A DNA stretch of 64,000 bases from Pontiella sp. (GCA_050290185.1 JBNKHE010000003.1:160001-224000), one strand, 5' to 3'; shown: positions 28,701 to 38,638, counted from the stretch's first letter. A program made the numbers and translations. Notes: generated by a model from the letters alone, not told the origin.

Positions 28701-31004
28701 GGCACCGCCAGCCAGCCTGTGGAGATTGTATCGCGCACCGGCGCACCTTGGGGCAACCTGAGCTTTGTCAATGCCACCGGCCTTTCAACCCTGAACCATG
28801 TCACCATTCGTGATGCCACACCCAGCCGGCAGGATCCGCTGAACCTCAAGGCGGCAGTCTCCGGATACAACTCGGCAATCACGCTCGACCATGCCGACAT
28901 CGAAGCACTCCTTCCGGTATTTGCCCGCTATGGGTCGACGACCTTGACCGACTGCAGCATACATATTCTGTTCACCGGAGACGGGATCAACATCAAGTCC
29001 GGTGACGGCCTGGTGGAGAACAGCACCTTTACCGGGAACAATGCTCCGGATACCGACGCCATCGACTTCGACAACGTGGTCGGGGGGCAGATCCGAGGAA
29101 ATCGCATCTATGCCTTCAGTGGCTTCAACAGCGATGCCATCGACGTGGGCGAGGGGTGCCAGAGCCTGATGGTGGTCAGCAACCGGATCTTCAATGTCTC
29201 CGACAAGGGCATTTCGGTGGGCCAGGCATCCGTCGCCTTCATCGAGCGCAACCTGATTGTTGACTGCGATATGGGTGTGGGCATCAAGGATGCCGGCTCC
29301 ACGGCCTACATCGACCAGAATACCTTTGCCCGCAATAATATCGGGGTGGCTGCCTTCGAAAAGAATGCCGGGGCCGGCGGCGGGGCTGCCTATATCAGCA
29401 ACTGCATCTTTTCGCGGTCCAAGGACGAGCCGGTGTTTGTTGATTCACTTTCCACCCTGACGGCGGACTACTCGCTCTCCGACACCCTCGCACTGGCCGG
29501 AACCGGCAATCTGTTTGCGGATCCGCTTTTCACCGACGACGGCTCGTACGATTTCTCGCTGACGCCCGCTTCGCCGGCGATCGATGCCGGCGATCCCGCG
29601 CATGCCCTGGATGACGATAGTTCCCGTGCCGACATGGGGGCCTACTACACCTTCAATCCCGAGGATTATCCCTACTTCATTCCCAATCTGGTGGTGATCA
29701 ACGAAGTGCTGGCGCACTCGCACGATATTGCGCCGGACTGGATCGAACTGTACAACTCGAGTTCCAAGCCCATTGATCTGGGCGGTTGGTATCTCAGCGA
29801 CGATCCGGACACCCCCCTGAAATATCGTATCGCCGACGGCACCATGCTTCCGGCGAATGGCTATGCCCTTTTTTACGAGGATCTTAACTTCGGGGCCGGA
29901 AGCAGCGACCCCGGCGCACTTGTTCCCTTTGCCCTCAGCGAAAACGGCGATACGGTCAATGTGTTTGGACCGGGTAATGAATTGCGTCCCGACTACACCG
30001 AAAAGGAAACCTTCGGGGCATCACTTCGTGGAGTCACCCGGGGACGCTACTACAAGTCCAGCGCACGCACGTACAACTTCGTGTCCATGCAAGCGGCAAC
30101 GCCCGGAACAGCTAACAGCGATCCGCTGGTCGGCCCCGTGGTGATCAGCGAAATCATGTATCATCCGCCCGTGGGCGAAGCCGAATATATCGAGCTGGCC
30201 AATATCGATACGAATCCGGTTACGCTCTACGACTCCGATGTTGGCGAGGGATGGCGAATGACGAAGGGCATCGACCATGTGTTCCCTTCCGGCAGTCCGG
30301 TTGTGATGCAACCGGGCGAAAAGATCGTTCTCGTGCGCAATGCCACCGCGTTCGCGGCTGCATACAGTGTTCCATCGGGAACCCAGGTCATCCAATGGGA
30401 TGCCGGAGGTCTCGATAACGGAGGCGAAACACTGGAAATATCACTGCCCGGCGATACGAACGGGGTCGGTGTGCTGCAGTTTGTACGAATAGATCGCGTT
30501 GACTTTTCGGATAGTGATCCATGGCCCGTTGGCCCGGACGGCGGCGGTACGGCGCTCACCCGCATCGACGAGCGGGCCTACGGCAATGACTTTTCCAACT
30601 GGCGCGAATCGTCGGTCACCCCGGGGCAGACTGGCTTCCAGGCGTGGTTGGCAATGCAAAGCCTGCCCGTGGGTCAGGATGGTCCGAACGACGATCCCGA
30701 CGGAGACGGCATTAAGACCGCCATGGAGTATGCCTGCGGCACCGATCCGATGGTCTTCTCCACGATGGCCGGGGTGTATGCGATCTTCCCGACGCCTGCA
30801 ACCATTTCCTTCGTACTGCCGGCCGAGCGCGCTGATCTGGGCTATGCCATCCAGAAGGCGACCAGCCTTTCGGTGCCCGATTGGACCGACCTCGTGGGCA
30901 CGGTCTCGCCGAGCGGCGGGCAGACGGCGATCGACGCTGTTGACCCCGCTGTCGGGGATCATGCGTACTATCGGTTGAAGGTTATCCTTTATAACCAGTA
31001 TTGA
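25752..31004 (+). CDS. large secreted CotH-kinase-family protein with lamin-tail domains, beta-sandwich, Fn3-like and right-handed beta-helix domains
   Basis: Signal peptide; LTD motifs VVNEFMASN..DWVELYN, VINEVLAH..DWIELYN, VISEIMYHP..EYIELAN; IRYTLDGSVPT; LRNGGDD..LRD, FWGIYN, KWQWIINDSDRGF; DAIDFD/DAIDVG/DKGISVG repeats; DPDGDG..EYACGTDP. Confidence 0.85.
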   Translation: MRLSIFSIVWLTVCSTVVAGPVVNEFMASNQSIYPDNCDFDDYSDWVELYNSDSTNVPLTDYYLTDDLTLPLKWRIPAGGVIPAHGYLMVRADGYDAGPGETHIRGYWDWNSTFTTVRYHSSFKLSAGGESLGIFHLINPAAENTLISAGSTWKYRDTGGNPGAGWMGLTFDDSAWSSGAAKLGYGDGDEATVVDFGPDQNNKYPTTHFRYHFNVTDPSLIADVRLNLMIDDGAIAYLNGIEIARIRVADGITYLDYSGGGYGPDNPSAFELIDYTSMPFRAGDNVLAVEVHQHDGSSSDMAFDAELIVLEVVSTDVVLVDAITNFPAQLTDVSYGRDPASTNGWSFFAEPTPEGTNSTEALSQFAEASAVTASRDSGFYSGAQSVTLSSAGAGETIRYTLDGSVPTSGSTVYSSALPVGSTTVLRARAFASGKIPGPMLTRSIFIDENSSLPVFSMVADPETLFGDTIGIYSNTQTYYNIGGQFGSGYYPLKGREIPIRLEMFEADETPAFSVNAGARIAGENIWSKAQKPFNIYMRSKYGDDLINYQMFPDQPVATFGEINLRNGGDDWEATLLRDAMMPSIFEGQADAGLYTYRPGILFINGDFWGIYNIRKRFDPTYFANEHQLSESEYDQLKYANDFPNNIYARLQADAGSTEAYESFLAFCTTNDTTDPVVYSQIEAQMNIDSFIDYVVGTDYAVNTSWQHNREFWRGNTPGSKWQWIINDSDRGFVTGNKTGSIIDNFIGNYSLFQRLDNNTNFINRLIQRYAAHVGSTFNPQRVSDKLDILTAEQDGEVARHQARWPGSMVSRTAQIADIKQFAAERPSYALSRLQLELGLSLSMADLSVNLSHVDGGRVLVAGVPMAPEYTSAVGMFLNTPFELTAEPAPGYAFDSWSTGSTNSTIEITMAGAQTITANFTPNAETIVPSTISSDTTLTSAGSPYSVTNDLVVEAGHVLTLGPGVRLNMSKGKSIVVYGSLNADGTASQPVEIVSRTGAPWGNLSFVNATGLSTLNHVTIRDATPSRQDPLNLKAAVSGYNSAITLDHADIEALLPVFARYGSTTLTDCSIHILFTGDGINIKSGDGLVENSTFTGNNAPDTDAIDFDNVVGGQIRGNRIYAFSGFNSDAIDVGEGCQSLMVVSNRIFNVSDKGISVGQASVAFIERNLIVDCDMGVGIKDAGSTAYIDQNTFARNNIGVAAFEKNAGAGGGAAYISNCIFSRSKDEPVFVDSLSTLTADYSLSDTLALAGTGNLFADPLFTDDGSYDFSLTPASPAIDAGDPAHALDDDSSRADMGAYYTFNPEDYPYFIPNLVVINEVLAHSHDIAPDWIELYNSSSKPIDLGGWYLSDDPDTPLKYRIADGTMLPANGYALFYEDLNFGAGSSDPGALVPFALSENGDTVNVFGPGNELRPDYTEKETFGASLRGVTRGRYYKSSARTYNFVSMQAATPGTANSDPLVGPVVISEIMYHPPVGEAEYIELANIDTNPVTLYDSDVGEGWRMTKGIDHVFPSGSPVVMQPGEKIVLVRNATAFAAAYSVPSGTQVIQWDAGGLDNGGETLEISLPGDTNGVGVLQFVRIDRVDFSDSDPWPVGPDGGGTALTRIDERAYGNDFSNWRESSVTPGQTGFQAWLAMQSLPVGQDGPNDDPDGDGIKTAMEYACGTDPMVFSTMAGVYAIFPTPATISFVLPAERADLGYAIQKATSLSVPDWTDLVGTVSPSGGQTAIDAVDPAVGDHAYYRLKVILYNQY

Positions 31005-31049
31005 AACTGACCGGGTCCGCGCAAATGTGTGAGGATCCGGTGGGTCTTA

Positions 31050-31535
31050 TCATGCGATTTCTTCGCCGGAGGCCAGACATAGGGCCAGCTCTACCGCTTC
31101 CTGGGCAGAATGGGCAACATGGATGCCCGGATCGGGTTGGCCGTTGCGATGAACCTCCCACGTGTTGAGCCCGACCACCGGAATGCCAAGCCGCAGTGCG
31201 AATGCAATTTCCGAGAGCGTGCCGTAGGCTCCGTGAACGGCAATGACGGCGTCGCAGGAGTTGACCAGCATGGCATTACGAACCGGTCCAAGGCCGGTGG
31301 GAATCGCAATGTCAATGAATCCGTTGGCGGCGCTCCGGTCTCCGCCGGGAAGGATGCCGACCGTTTGGCCGCCGGCAGATTTGGCTCCCTCGGCCACTGC
31401 GCGCATCATTCCGCCCAGTCCGCCGCAAAAAAGAGTGGCGCCTGCTTCGGCGATGCAGCGTCCGACTTCAACACCGAGCCCATATTCTGAGTCGGTGGTG
31501 GTATTCGGTCCCAGCACTCCAATATTCGCTTTCAT
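31050..31535 (-). CDS. TIGR00725 / LOG-family Rossmann-fold nucleotide-binding protein
   Basis: CGGLGGMM, GGQTVGILPG, IPTGLGPVRN, GAYGTLSEIAFAL. Confidence 0.88.
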   Translation of the reverse strand: MKANIGVLGPNTTTDSEYGLGVEVGRCIAEAGATLFCGGLGGMMRAVAEGAKSAGGQTVGILPGGDRSAANGFIDIAIPTGLGPVRNAMLVNSCDAVIAVHGAYGTLSEIAFALRLGIPVVGLNTWEVHRNGQPDPGIHVAHSAQEAVELALCLASGEEIA

Positions 31536-31651
31536 GTCAGGAGTTTAGTGTCTCTGGTCTCGGGTTTCAAGTTCCAGCCTCTGCGCGGTGCAGGTGCTCT
31601 CCGATTATCCGCTTTGACGTTTGTGGAGGAATGGCATACGGTTTTACAACC

Positions 31652-33421
31652 ATGATGAAGGCTTCATATTTCAAACTCCTGATGCTGGGCTGCGCGTTGG
31701 CCTGTGCCGGCTGTGCAACGATGGAGCATCGTAATGGCGGTGTCGCCTATGAAGTCGATATAGACGGAGCCGGCTGGTCGCTTGGGCGGGTGATCCGGGA
31801 ATCGACATCCACATGCAAGTTCGTCGAACGTTCGCCTTCCACGGTGGGTCAACTGCGCCATCGCATGGCAAAGGACCAAAAGGCGATTGAATCGATTCTG
31901 AAGTCGAATGGCTACTATGACGGCACCGTAAACTTATATCTGGACACAACACGTCAACCGGCAAGGGTGGACATCAAGGTCTGGCGGGGAAAGCCGTATC
32001 GTTTCCGGCATGTAAAGGTGAAGTATGCGGGGAGTCGTAACGCGGGGCTGGACAAGATCAAACTGCGGATTCGCCAAAGGCAACGTGTGGTGGCAACTGA
32101 GGTGATCGAGGAAGAACAGCGCATTTTGAAACAGATTCAACGCTGGGGCTATCCGTTTCCAACGCTGGCGAAACGGACGGTGAATGTGGATCGGGACCAT
32201 CATAAAGTGGACTTGACGCTGGTTTTTGATCCGGGGGGTTCGGCGAGCTTTGGCGAAGTTCGGGTGGAGGGTCTCGAAACGCTGGACGACAAATATATAC
32301 AGCGACAGGTGCCCTGGCAGCTGGACGATCCGTATGATGCTAAGGAGCTTGATGATTTTGAACGCAAGCTCCTGGGGACGGGATTGTTTTCCTCCGTCCA
32401 CGTTGGATTGCAGGAGTCAACGGTGGAAACCAATGCCATTCCTGTTCTGATCCGTTTGAGCGAACGCAGCAAGCGCACCATCCGCCTGGGAATCAACTAT
32501 ACGGATACGGGGCCGGGGGCCAAGGGCTATTGGGAGCATCGCAGTTTGTTCGGGGGGGGCGAAAAGCTGGAAACTTCGCTGGAGTGGAATCCGATCAAGG
32601 TGAACGGTAACGCCAAATTTACGCGGTCCGGCTTTCTGGATGCGAACCAGTATCTGGTGCTCATGCTTGACGGTACGCAGGATCGGCCGGATGCATACGA
32701 TGCAAGCAAGGTAACTGGATCGGCCATGGTGCTTCGCGATTTTACATCGAGTCTGCAGGGTGGGCTTGGAGTGGGGTATAAATACTCGCGGGTCGAGCAA
32801 CTCGCCACGGATGAACATTTTGCCCACGTTTTTCTTCCGTTGCAGCTGATCTTCGATAGCCGCAACGACAGGCTGAATCCAGTGCGCGGCATGAAACTGT
32901 ACGGTCGGACCTCCTACTTCGACGATACACTGGGCGCCCAGTCGTTTCTTAAAACCCAGCTGGAAAACCGGCACTATTACATGCTGTCGGATCGATACCG
33001 GTTATCGAGTGCTTTGCGGTTGATGCTGGGCAGTATCGACGGAGCCGCCCTCGACGCGGTACCGGCCGATGAGCGGTTCTATGCCGGTGGTGGCGGGTCC
33101 ATACGCGGATACGAATATCAGCAGGTTGGCCCCCGGGAAAGCGGCGTGCCGACCGGCGGAGATAAAGCTGTGGAATTTTCGATGGAGCTACGTCTCCAAC
33201 CCGGTCGGAAGCTGGGCTATGTTGCATTTGTTGATGGAGGCACGGTGTATGACGAATCGTTTGATAATTATGACCGATCGCTTCGCTATGGTGCAGGCAT
33301 GGGTCTGCGCTGGTTTACCGCGATCGGTCCGTTGCGGGCGGACATTGCCTATCCGTTGAATCCATCCGCCGAGCAGGTGGAACGGGTTCAGTTTTATATC
33401 AGTCTGGGGCAGGCATTCTGA
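31652..33421 (+). CDS. tamA: TamA/BamA (Omp85) family outer-membrane protein
   Basis: POTRA-like N-terminus, RFYAGGGGSIRGY, FVDGG, GPLRADIA, FYISLGQAF terminus; coupled to tamB. Confidence 0.9.
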   Translation: MMKASYFKLLMLGCALACAGCATMEHRNGGVAYEVDIDGAGWSLGRVIRESTSTCKFVERSPSTVGQLRHRMAKDQKAIESILKSNGYYDGTVNLYLDTTRQPARVDIKVWRGKPYRFRHVKVKYAGSRNAGLDKIKLRIRQRQRVVATEVIEEEQRILKQIQRWGYPFPTLAKRTVNVDRDHHKVDLTLVFDPGGSASFGEVRVEGLETLDDKYIQRQVPWQLDDPYDAKELDDFERKLLGTGLFSSVHVGLQESTVETNAIPVLIRLSERSKRTIRLGINYTDTGPGAKGYWEHRSLFGGGEKLETSLEWNPIKVNGNAKFTRSGFLDANQYLVLMLDGTQDRPDAYDASKVTGSAMVLRDFTSSLQGGLGVGYKYSRVEQLATDEHFAHVFLPLQLIFDSRNDRLNPVRGMKLYGRTSYFDDTLGAQSFLKTQLENRHYYMLSDRYRLSSALRLMLGSIDGAALDAVPADERFYAGGGGSIRGYEYQQVGPRESGVPTGGDKAVEFSMELRLQPGRKLGYVAFVDGGTVYDESFDNYDRSLRYGAGMGLRWFTAIGPLRADIAYPLNPSAEQVERVQFYISLGQAF

Positions 33422-36060
33422 TGAAAAGGCTGATCTTCACAATTTTGAAGAGTGCTGGCATGCTGGTGCTTCTTTTCCTTGTGCTTGCCGCCTTGTTTCA
33501 AACCACAAAGGGCAAGGAGATTCTGGCTTCCGCTTTATCGAAAGCCGCAAGCCGGTCGGCGAATGTTCAGGTTCATGTTGGACGAATAAGTGGATGGATT
33601 CCTCTGGCCGTACGTGTCGATAGCGTGGCGGTCGGAGATGAAAAGGGCTCATGGTTGATCGTGCGGAACCTGCGGGGCCGGTGGATGCTCAGAGATCTGC
33701 TTGATGGCACCATCCGGGTGGCAGGGCTGGGGGCGGACGAGATCGAATGGATTCGATTTCCTCAATCAAATAAAGGCCCGGAGGAATCGCGAGGAGGCGG
33801 TGGCCGTCTGGATGGTGCTGATATCGTTTTGCAAGGTTGGGAGATTGATCATCTTAAGCTGGGGCCGGCTTTGGCTGGAATTCCGCTCGAATACTCCGTC
33901 CGCTCCGGTGGCATTGTGATTTCGGGAGGAAAGCTTTCCGGCGATCTTGCCATCCGCGGCGATGCCGATGGCCGGGTGGATTTCGAAGCTTCGTTCGCCG
34001 ATCCGGATGATCGTCAACTGAGCCTGCACGCGGCGTTGGAGCAGATGAAGAATCCGACGTTAGGTATGGACCGTCTTTCAGGTTCCGTGGATGCAATAAT
34101 CGACGCGCGTGGAGTCAATGCCTCCATTGATGCCGATCTCGAACGGTCGGCGATGAAGGGCCATGTTTCCTCTCGGCTGCACTATGCGTCCAGGCTGTTG
34201 CATCTGGAAGGACTTCGATTTGATGGCCAGGGCTATGTGGCGCAAGGTGATCTTGATCTCGGGTTTTCGAATGGTCAGGTCGAGGCGTCCATTGATGCTT
34301 TGCTGATCGATGCGAAAGAGCGGGGGTATACGTTGCAGGGCACGGCGCATATGGATATGGGCAATAAGACCTGGTCTGTGGATGTGCCTGCCATGAACGT
34401 TTGTGCATGGGACACCGTTTCCATGTCGCTGACCGGTCGCTTCGATGCACAGCAGGTCGATCTGGTTGCGACGCTGGCCGAGTTCGATCTGGGTACTTTG
34501 CCATACTCGCCGACATCCAATTATACGGGCCGAGTGAGCGGAAACCTGTCGGTCCGTGGGGCTCCTGCATCGCCGGAGTTGAACGCGGCGCTGGAGGTGG
34601 ATCGGTTAGGCCGCGCATCAAGAGCTCTGGATGAGCTTCCGAAACTCGATTTCCGCATTGATGCAAGCCTATCCGGTGGCGAGCTGTCTGCTTCGACTTC
34701 AATGACGAATTTTATCAGCGGTTATCTGGTTGCCGATGCTTCCATGCCGTGCCGCTTCTCGATTGTTCCTTTTGGCTTCGATGCCGATTCGGGCAAGGTG
34801 GACGGGGCACTCGATGCGATTCTGGATCTGGATGTTTTCAATGGGCTGGCGGTTCTGGATAACCAATTGGTCCGTGGAGTTCTTTCGGCTGAGCTCAATA
34901 TGGAGGACAGCGTCCCTTCGGGTTTCATCCGGCTGGAAAAAGGCGGCTATGAACATTATGCATGGGGACTTCTATTTCAGGACTTTCAAGGCATTCTGAC
35001 GGTCACGCCCGCGGGATTCGAGATCGGCAATACCAAAGCCACGGATGGAGCAGGGGGGCGGTTGATCCTGTCCGGTGGCATGGCCGGCGATCAGCTGGAT
35101 GTATCACTAGCCCTGACCCATGCGAAAGTCCTTCGGCGCCCTGAAGCAGAGGCCGTTATGTCCGGCAGTCTGAAACTTGCGGGTCCGTTAGCGCGTCCGG
35201 AACTTACCGGGAAGCTGGTGGTGGATCGCGCCGATTTGCTTCCCGATAATATCGTGCCGCGCCTGCCGCCCGTGCTGGAAGATTTTGATGCGGCGGATGA
35301 AAGGGAATCGATTCGCCTCGAAAAAAGGAGCAGGCCTTTTCCGATCGGCATGGATGTGAAGCTTGAGATGTCGGATCAGATCTATGTGGTCGCTTCGCTC
35401 ATCGATTCGGTGTGGGGTGGGTCCCTGCGTTTACGAGATACGCCAAAGGGTGTGTGGCTCAAAGGGGGCATTGAACCTCGCCGCGGTCATGTGGATTTTG
35501 TCGGAAAAAAATTCCGTTTGGTGGATGGGATGGTCGAACTGGATAATGTGGTGCATCCGGTTCCCGTGATGAACAACCTTACTGCAGAATATGCACGCAG
35601 CGATCTCTCTGCGCGATTGATTCTGAACGGGAGTGTTAACAGTCCTCAATACCGGTTGGAGTCGACGCCGGCATTTCCGGAGGACGAAATTCTTTCCCGA
35701 ATTCTTTTCGGGCGGGAGGCCAGTACGATTACTTCCTATCAGGCGGTTCAAATCGCCATAGCTGCGCAACAGTTGTCGGGCGGATTGAATGGCCCGGGAT
35801 TCATGTACCAGTTCCGCAACGCGGTGGGCGTGGATACTCTGGAGTGGCGCGAGGCCGAAACCGGTGATGGATCTTCCGCGGTGGCGGCCGGTAAATACGT
35901 TACCCCGGAATTGTATGTTGAAGTGAGCAGTACATTTGGTACGGAAGCGCAAACGGATCTGACTGCGGAATACGAAATCAACCGTCATTTTTCGATTGAA
36001 ACCAGTGCTGGGCCAAGACTTAGACCCGGGATTGGATTGAACTGGAAGAACGATTATTAA
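33421..36060 (+). CDS. tamB: translocation/assembly module TamB (DUF490)
   Basis: N-terminal anchor; C-terminal LESTPAFPEDEILSRILFG...AGKYVTPELYVE...GLNWKNDY. Confidence 0.85.
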   Translation: MKRLIFTILKSAGMLVLLFLVLAALFQTTKGKEILASALSKAASRSANVQVHVGRISGWIPLAVRVDSVAVGDEKGSWLIVRNLRGRWMLRDLLDGTIRVAGLGADEIEWIRFPQSNKGPEESRGGGGRLDGADIVLQGWEIDHLKLGPALAGIPLEYSVRSGGIVISGGKLSGDLAIRGDADGRVDFEASFADPDDRQLSLHAALEQMKNPTLGMDRLSGSVDAIIDARGVNASIDADLERSAMKGHVSSRLHYASRLLHLEGLRFDGQGYVAQGDLDLGFSNGQVEASIDALLIDAKERGYTLQGTAHMDMGNKTWSVDVPAMNVCAWDTVSMSLTGRFDAQQVDLVATLAEFDLGTLPYSPTSNYTGRVSGNLSVRGAPASPELNAALEVDRLGRASRALDELPKLDFRIDASLSGGELSASTSMTNFISGYLVADASMPCRFSIVPFGFDADSGKVDGALDAILDLDVFNGLAVLDNQLVRGVLSAELNMEDSVPSGFIRLEKGGYEHYAWGLLFQDFQGILTVTPAGFEIGNTKATDGAGGRLILSGGMAGDQLDVSLALTHAKVLRRPEAEAVMSGSLKLAGPLARPELTGKLVVDRADLLPDNIVPRLPPVLEDFDAADERESIRLEKRSRPFPIGMDVKLEMSDQIYVVASLIDSVWGGSLRLRDTPKGVWLKGGIEPRRGHVDFVGKKFRLVDGMVELDNVVHPVPVMNNLTAEYARSDLSARLILNGSVNSPQYRLESTPAFPEDEILSRILFGREASTITSYQAVQIAIAAQQLSGGLNGPGFMYQFRNAVGVDTLEWREAETGDGSSAVAAGKYVTPELYVEVSSTFGTEAQTDLTAEYEINRHFSIETSAGPRLRPGIGLNWKNDY

Positions 36061-36224
36061 GAGCTTTTTTCGCCATTAGACTGGTCGAATAAATAAAATT
36101 TCGGCAGGTCTAATAAGCCTCAAAAGCCGTACCGCATTTTCAGTAAATACACTTGACGGACAAAGCTCTCACCATTTATACATGATAAAAATCATAACAA
36201 AATGACGTTTTAAGGAGATCCTTC

Positions 36225-36662
36225 ATGAAATTATCCACAAAAGGGCGTTACGCCACCCGAATCCTACTCTGTATTTCGCGATTGGAGGGAGAACAACCCG
36301 TACCGAAAAAGAGGATAGCGGAGCAGGAAGGAATTTCAACCGACTACATTGAGCAGATCATTGTTCCGCTAAAGAACGCAGGATTGGTCAACAGCGTCCG
36401 CGGATTGCGTGGTGGATTCCGGTTGGCGAAAGACGCCGGCAAGATCACCGTTTACGATATCCTTGCTGCCTCCGAGGGCGATATCAACCTCGTAGGTTGC
36501 CTTGCCGAAGGTTGCAGCCGTTCCGATAGTTGTGTCGTTCAGCGCGTGTGGCAGGGGGCCAGCGATGTCCTACGGGACTATTTTTCCAAGATCACGCTGC
36601 GCGAACTGCACGACGACTATATCAAGCGCGTGGCTGACGAACCGATCATGTTCAATATTTAA
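36225..36662 (+). CDS. Rrf2-family transcriptional regulator (IscR/CymR-like)
   Basis: MKLSTKGRYA, YIEQI..L..AGLV.SVRG..GGF, three Cys (CLAEGCSRSDSC). Confidence 0.92.
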   Translation: MKLSTKGRYATRILLCISRLEGEQPVPKKRIAEQEGISTDYIEQIIVPLKNAGLVNSVRGLRGGFRLAKDAGKITVYDILAASEGDINLVGCLAEGCSRSDSCVVQRVWQGASDVLRDYFSKITLRELHDDYIKRVADEPIMFNI

Positions 36663-36680
36663 ATAAAAGGAGACGAAATT

Positions 36681-37607
36681 ATGCCTATCTATAATAACAT
36701 TACCGAAACCATTGGAAATACCCCTCTGGTCAAGCTGAACCGCATTAGCGAAGGGCTGCCCGCCACGGTGGCCGTCAAGCTTGAGTCGCGCAATCCGCTC
36801 TCCAGCGTTAAGGACCGTATCGGTGCTGCGATGATTGACGCCGCCGAAGCAAAAGGTCTGATCAAGCCCGGCTCCACCCTTATCGAGCCGACCAGTGGAA
36901 ACACCGGTATCGCCTTGGCCTTCGTGGCAGCCGCAAAAGGCTATAAACTGATTCTTACGATGCCGGAAAGCATGAGCCTTGAACGCCGCCGTCTTCTTCA
37001 GGTGCTGGGTGCCGAACTGGTTCTCACGCCAGCAGAAAAAGGCATGCCCGGGGCTATCGCCGCGGCCGCCGAACTGGTTGAAAAAAATCCGAATGCCATT
37101 ATGTTGCAGCAGTTTGATAATCCGGCAAACCCCGAGATCCACCGTACCACCACCGCGGAGGAAATTTGGAAGGATACCGAAGGCAAGATCGATATTTTCG
37201 TGGCCGGCGTGGGGACGGGCGGCACGCTTACCGGTGTGGCGTCTGCCATCAAGGAAAAGAAACCCGAACTCAAGGCGGTTGCCGTTGAGCCGGAAAAATC
37301 TCCAGTCATATCGGGTGGCAAGCCGGGGGCCCACAAAATCCAGGGTATCGGGGCCGGTTTTATTCCGAACAATCTGGATACCAGCCTGATCGATGAGATT
37401 GTACTCATCAACGGCGACGAAGCCGGAGCCATGTCCCGTCGTCTCGCCAAGGAGGAAGGCATCCTCTGCGGTATTTCGGCCGGCGGCAATGTGCATGCTG
37501 CCGTGGAGCTGGCGAAGCGCCCTGAAAACGCAGGCAAGTTGATCGTCACGGTCATTTGCGACACGGGTGAACGTTATCTGTCCACCTGGTTGTTCGAAGA
37601 TAAGTAA
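36681..37607 (+). CDS. cysK: cysteine synthase A
   Basis: [11 protein letters not shown] (PLP lysine), [31 protein letters not shown]. Confidence 0.97.
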   Translation: MPIYNNITETIGNTPLVKLNRISEGLPATVAVKLESRNPLSSVKDRIGAAMIDAAEAKGLIKPGSTLIEPTSGNTGIALAFVAAAKGYKLILTMPESMSLERRRLLQVLGAELVLTPAEKGMPGAIAAAAELVEKNPNAIMLQQFDNPANPEIHRTTTAEEIWKDTEGKIDIFVAGVGTGGTLTGVASAIKEKKPELKAVAVEPEKSPVISGGKPGAHKIQGIGAGFIPNNLDTSLIDEIVLINGDEAGAMSRRLAKEEGILCGISAGGNVHAAVELAKRPENAGKLIVTVICDTGERYLSTWLFEDK

Positions 37608-37627
37608 GCGCAATGCAATATGGAGAG

Positions 37628-37664
37628 AAACGCCGGAAACGTCTCAACGACGTCCGGCGTTTTT
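37628..37664 (+). terminator. intrinsic terminator after cysK
   Basis: AAACGCCGGA...TCCGGCGTTTTT hairpin. Confidence 0.75.
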
Positions 37665-37699
37665 CGTTGGTACTGGAATCATGAATGCAGGGAGAGACC

Positions 37700-38515
37700 A
37701 TGCCCGAACTTCCGGAAGTTGAAACCATTGCGCGGCAATTGCGGTCCCGTGGTGTTGAAGGTCGCAGGATCCAATCGGTTCAGATCAACTGGCAACGCAC
37801 GGTTGAGCCATTGTCGATTGAGCAGTTTTCCCGGTCTCTGACCGGAACCACCATCGACGAAATATCGCGTGTAGGGAAATGGATGCTGTTTTCGCTCGGC
37901 TCCGGGCAGACGCTGATGATCCATTTGCGCATGGCGGGTTCCTTCTCCATGGAAAAAGGGCATCATGATCGCATCGTATTGGAACTGTCAGACGGGTTGA
38001 CCCTTTATTACAGGGATACGCGCAAGTTTGGACGATGGAAGCTGGTAGATGATCCGTTGATCATTCTCGGCAGGCTGGGACCCGATGCGTTGACCAGGCA
38101 GTTCTCGTTGCAATATTTTTCAACTGCAATGCGGAGGCGTCACCGGATGATCAAGCCATTAATTCTCGACCAGTCCATGGTGGCAGGGCTGGGGAACATC
38201 TATGCGGACGAGGCTTTATGGGAATCAAAAATCCATCCGGAGCGCTTGTCCGACTCGCTTTCCGATGACGAGCTCGCGACGCTCTACAAGGCGATCCGGC
38301 ATGTCTTGCGCGTGGGCATCAGGAATCGAGGGACATCGCTGGGTGATGGAAAAACCAACTATCGTGACGTGGAAGGGGAGTCTGGCGGGCACCGCGAACA
38401 GGTAAAGGCGTACGGTCGGGGCGGAAACCCATGTATCCGGTGCAAAACCACCCTCGAAAAGACGGTGGTTGCCCAGCGTGGAACGACCTATTGCCCGGTC
38501 TGCCAAACCATTTGA
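37700..38515 (+). CDS. mutM: formamidopyrimidine-DNA glycosylase
   Basis: MPELPEVET, HLRMAG, GLGNIYADE, C-terminal zinc finger CIRC...YCPVCQ; GGAGAG RBS. Confidence 0.96.
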   Translation: MPELPEVETIARQLRSRGVEGRRIQSVQINWQRTVEPLSIEQFSRSLTGTTIDEISRVGKWMLFSLGSGQTLMIHLRMAGSFSMEKGHHDRIVLELSDGLTLYYRDTRKFGRWKLVDDPLIILGRLGPDALTRQFSLQYFSTAMRRRHRMIKPLILDQSMVAGLGNIYADEALWESKIHPERLSDSLSDDELATLYKAIRHVLRVGIRNRGTSLGDGKTNYRDVEGESGGHREQVKAYGRGGNPCIRCKTTLEKTVVAQRGTTYCPVCQTI

Positions 38516-38638
38516 GTCAATAAATACAAGGGTTTTGTTAAATCATTAAAAAAGTATCCATATTCCTGTTTACAATCCGGACGAAAGTGGTACGGTATCG
38601 TCGTTTTAGGAAACAAATCAACGAGAAGGAGCTAGGCG

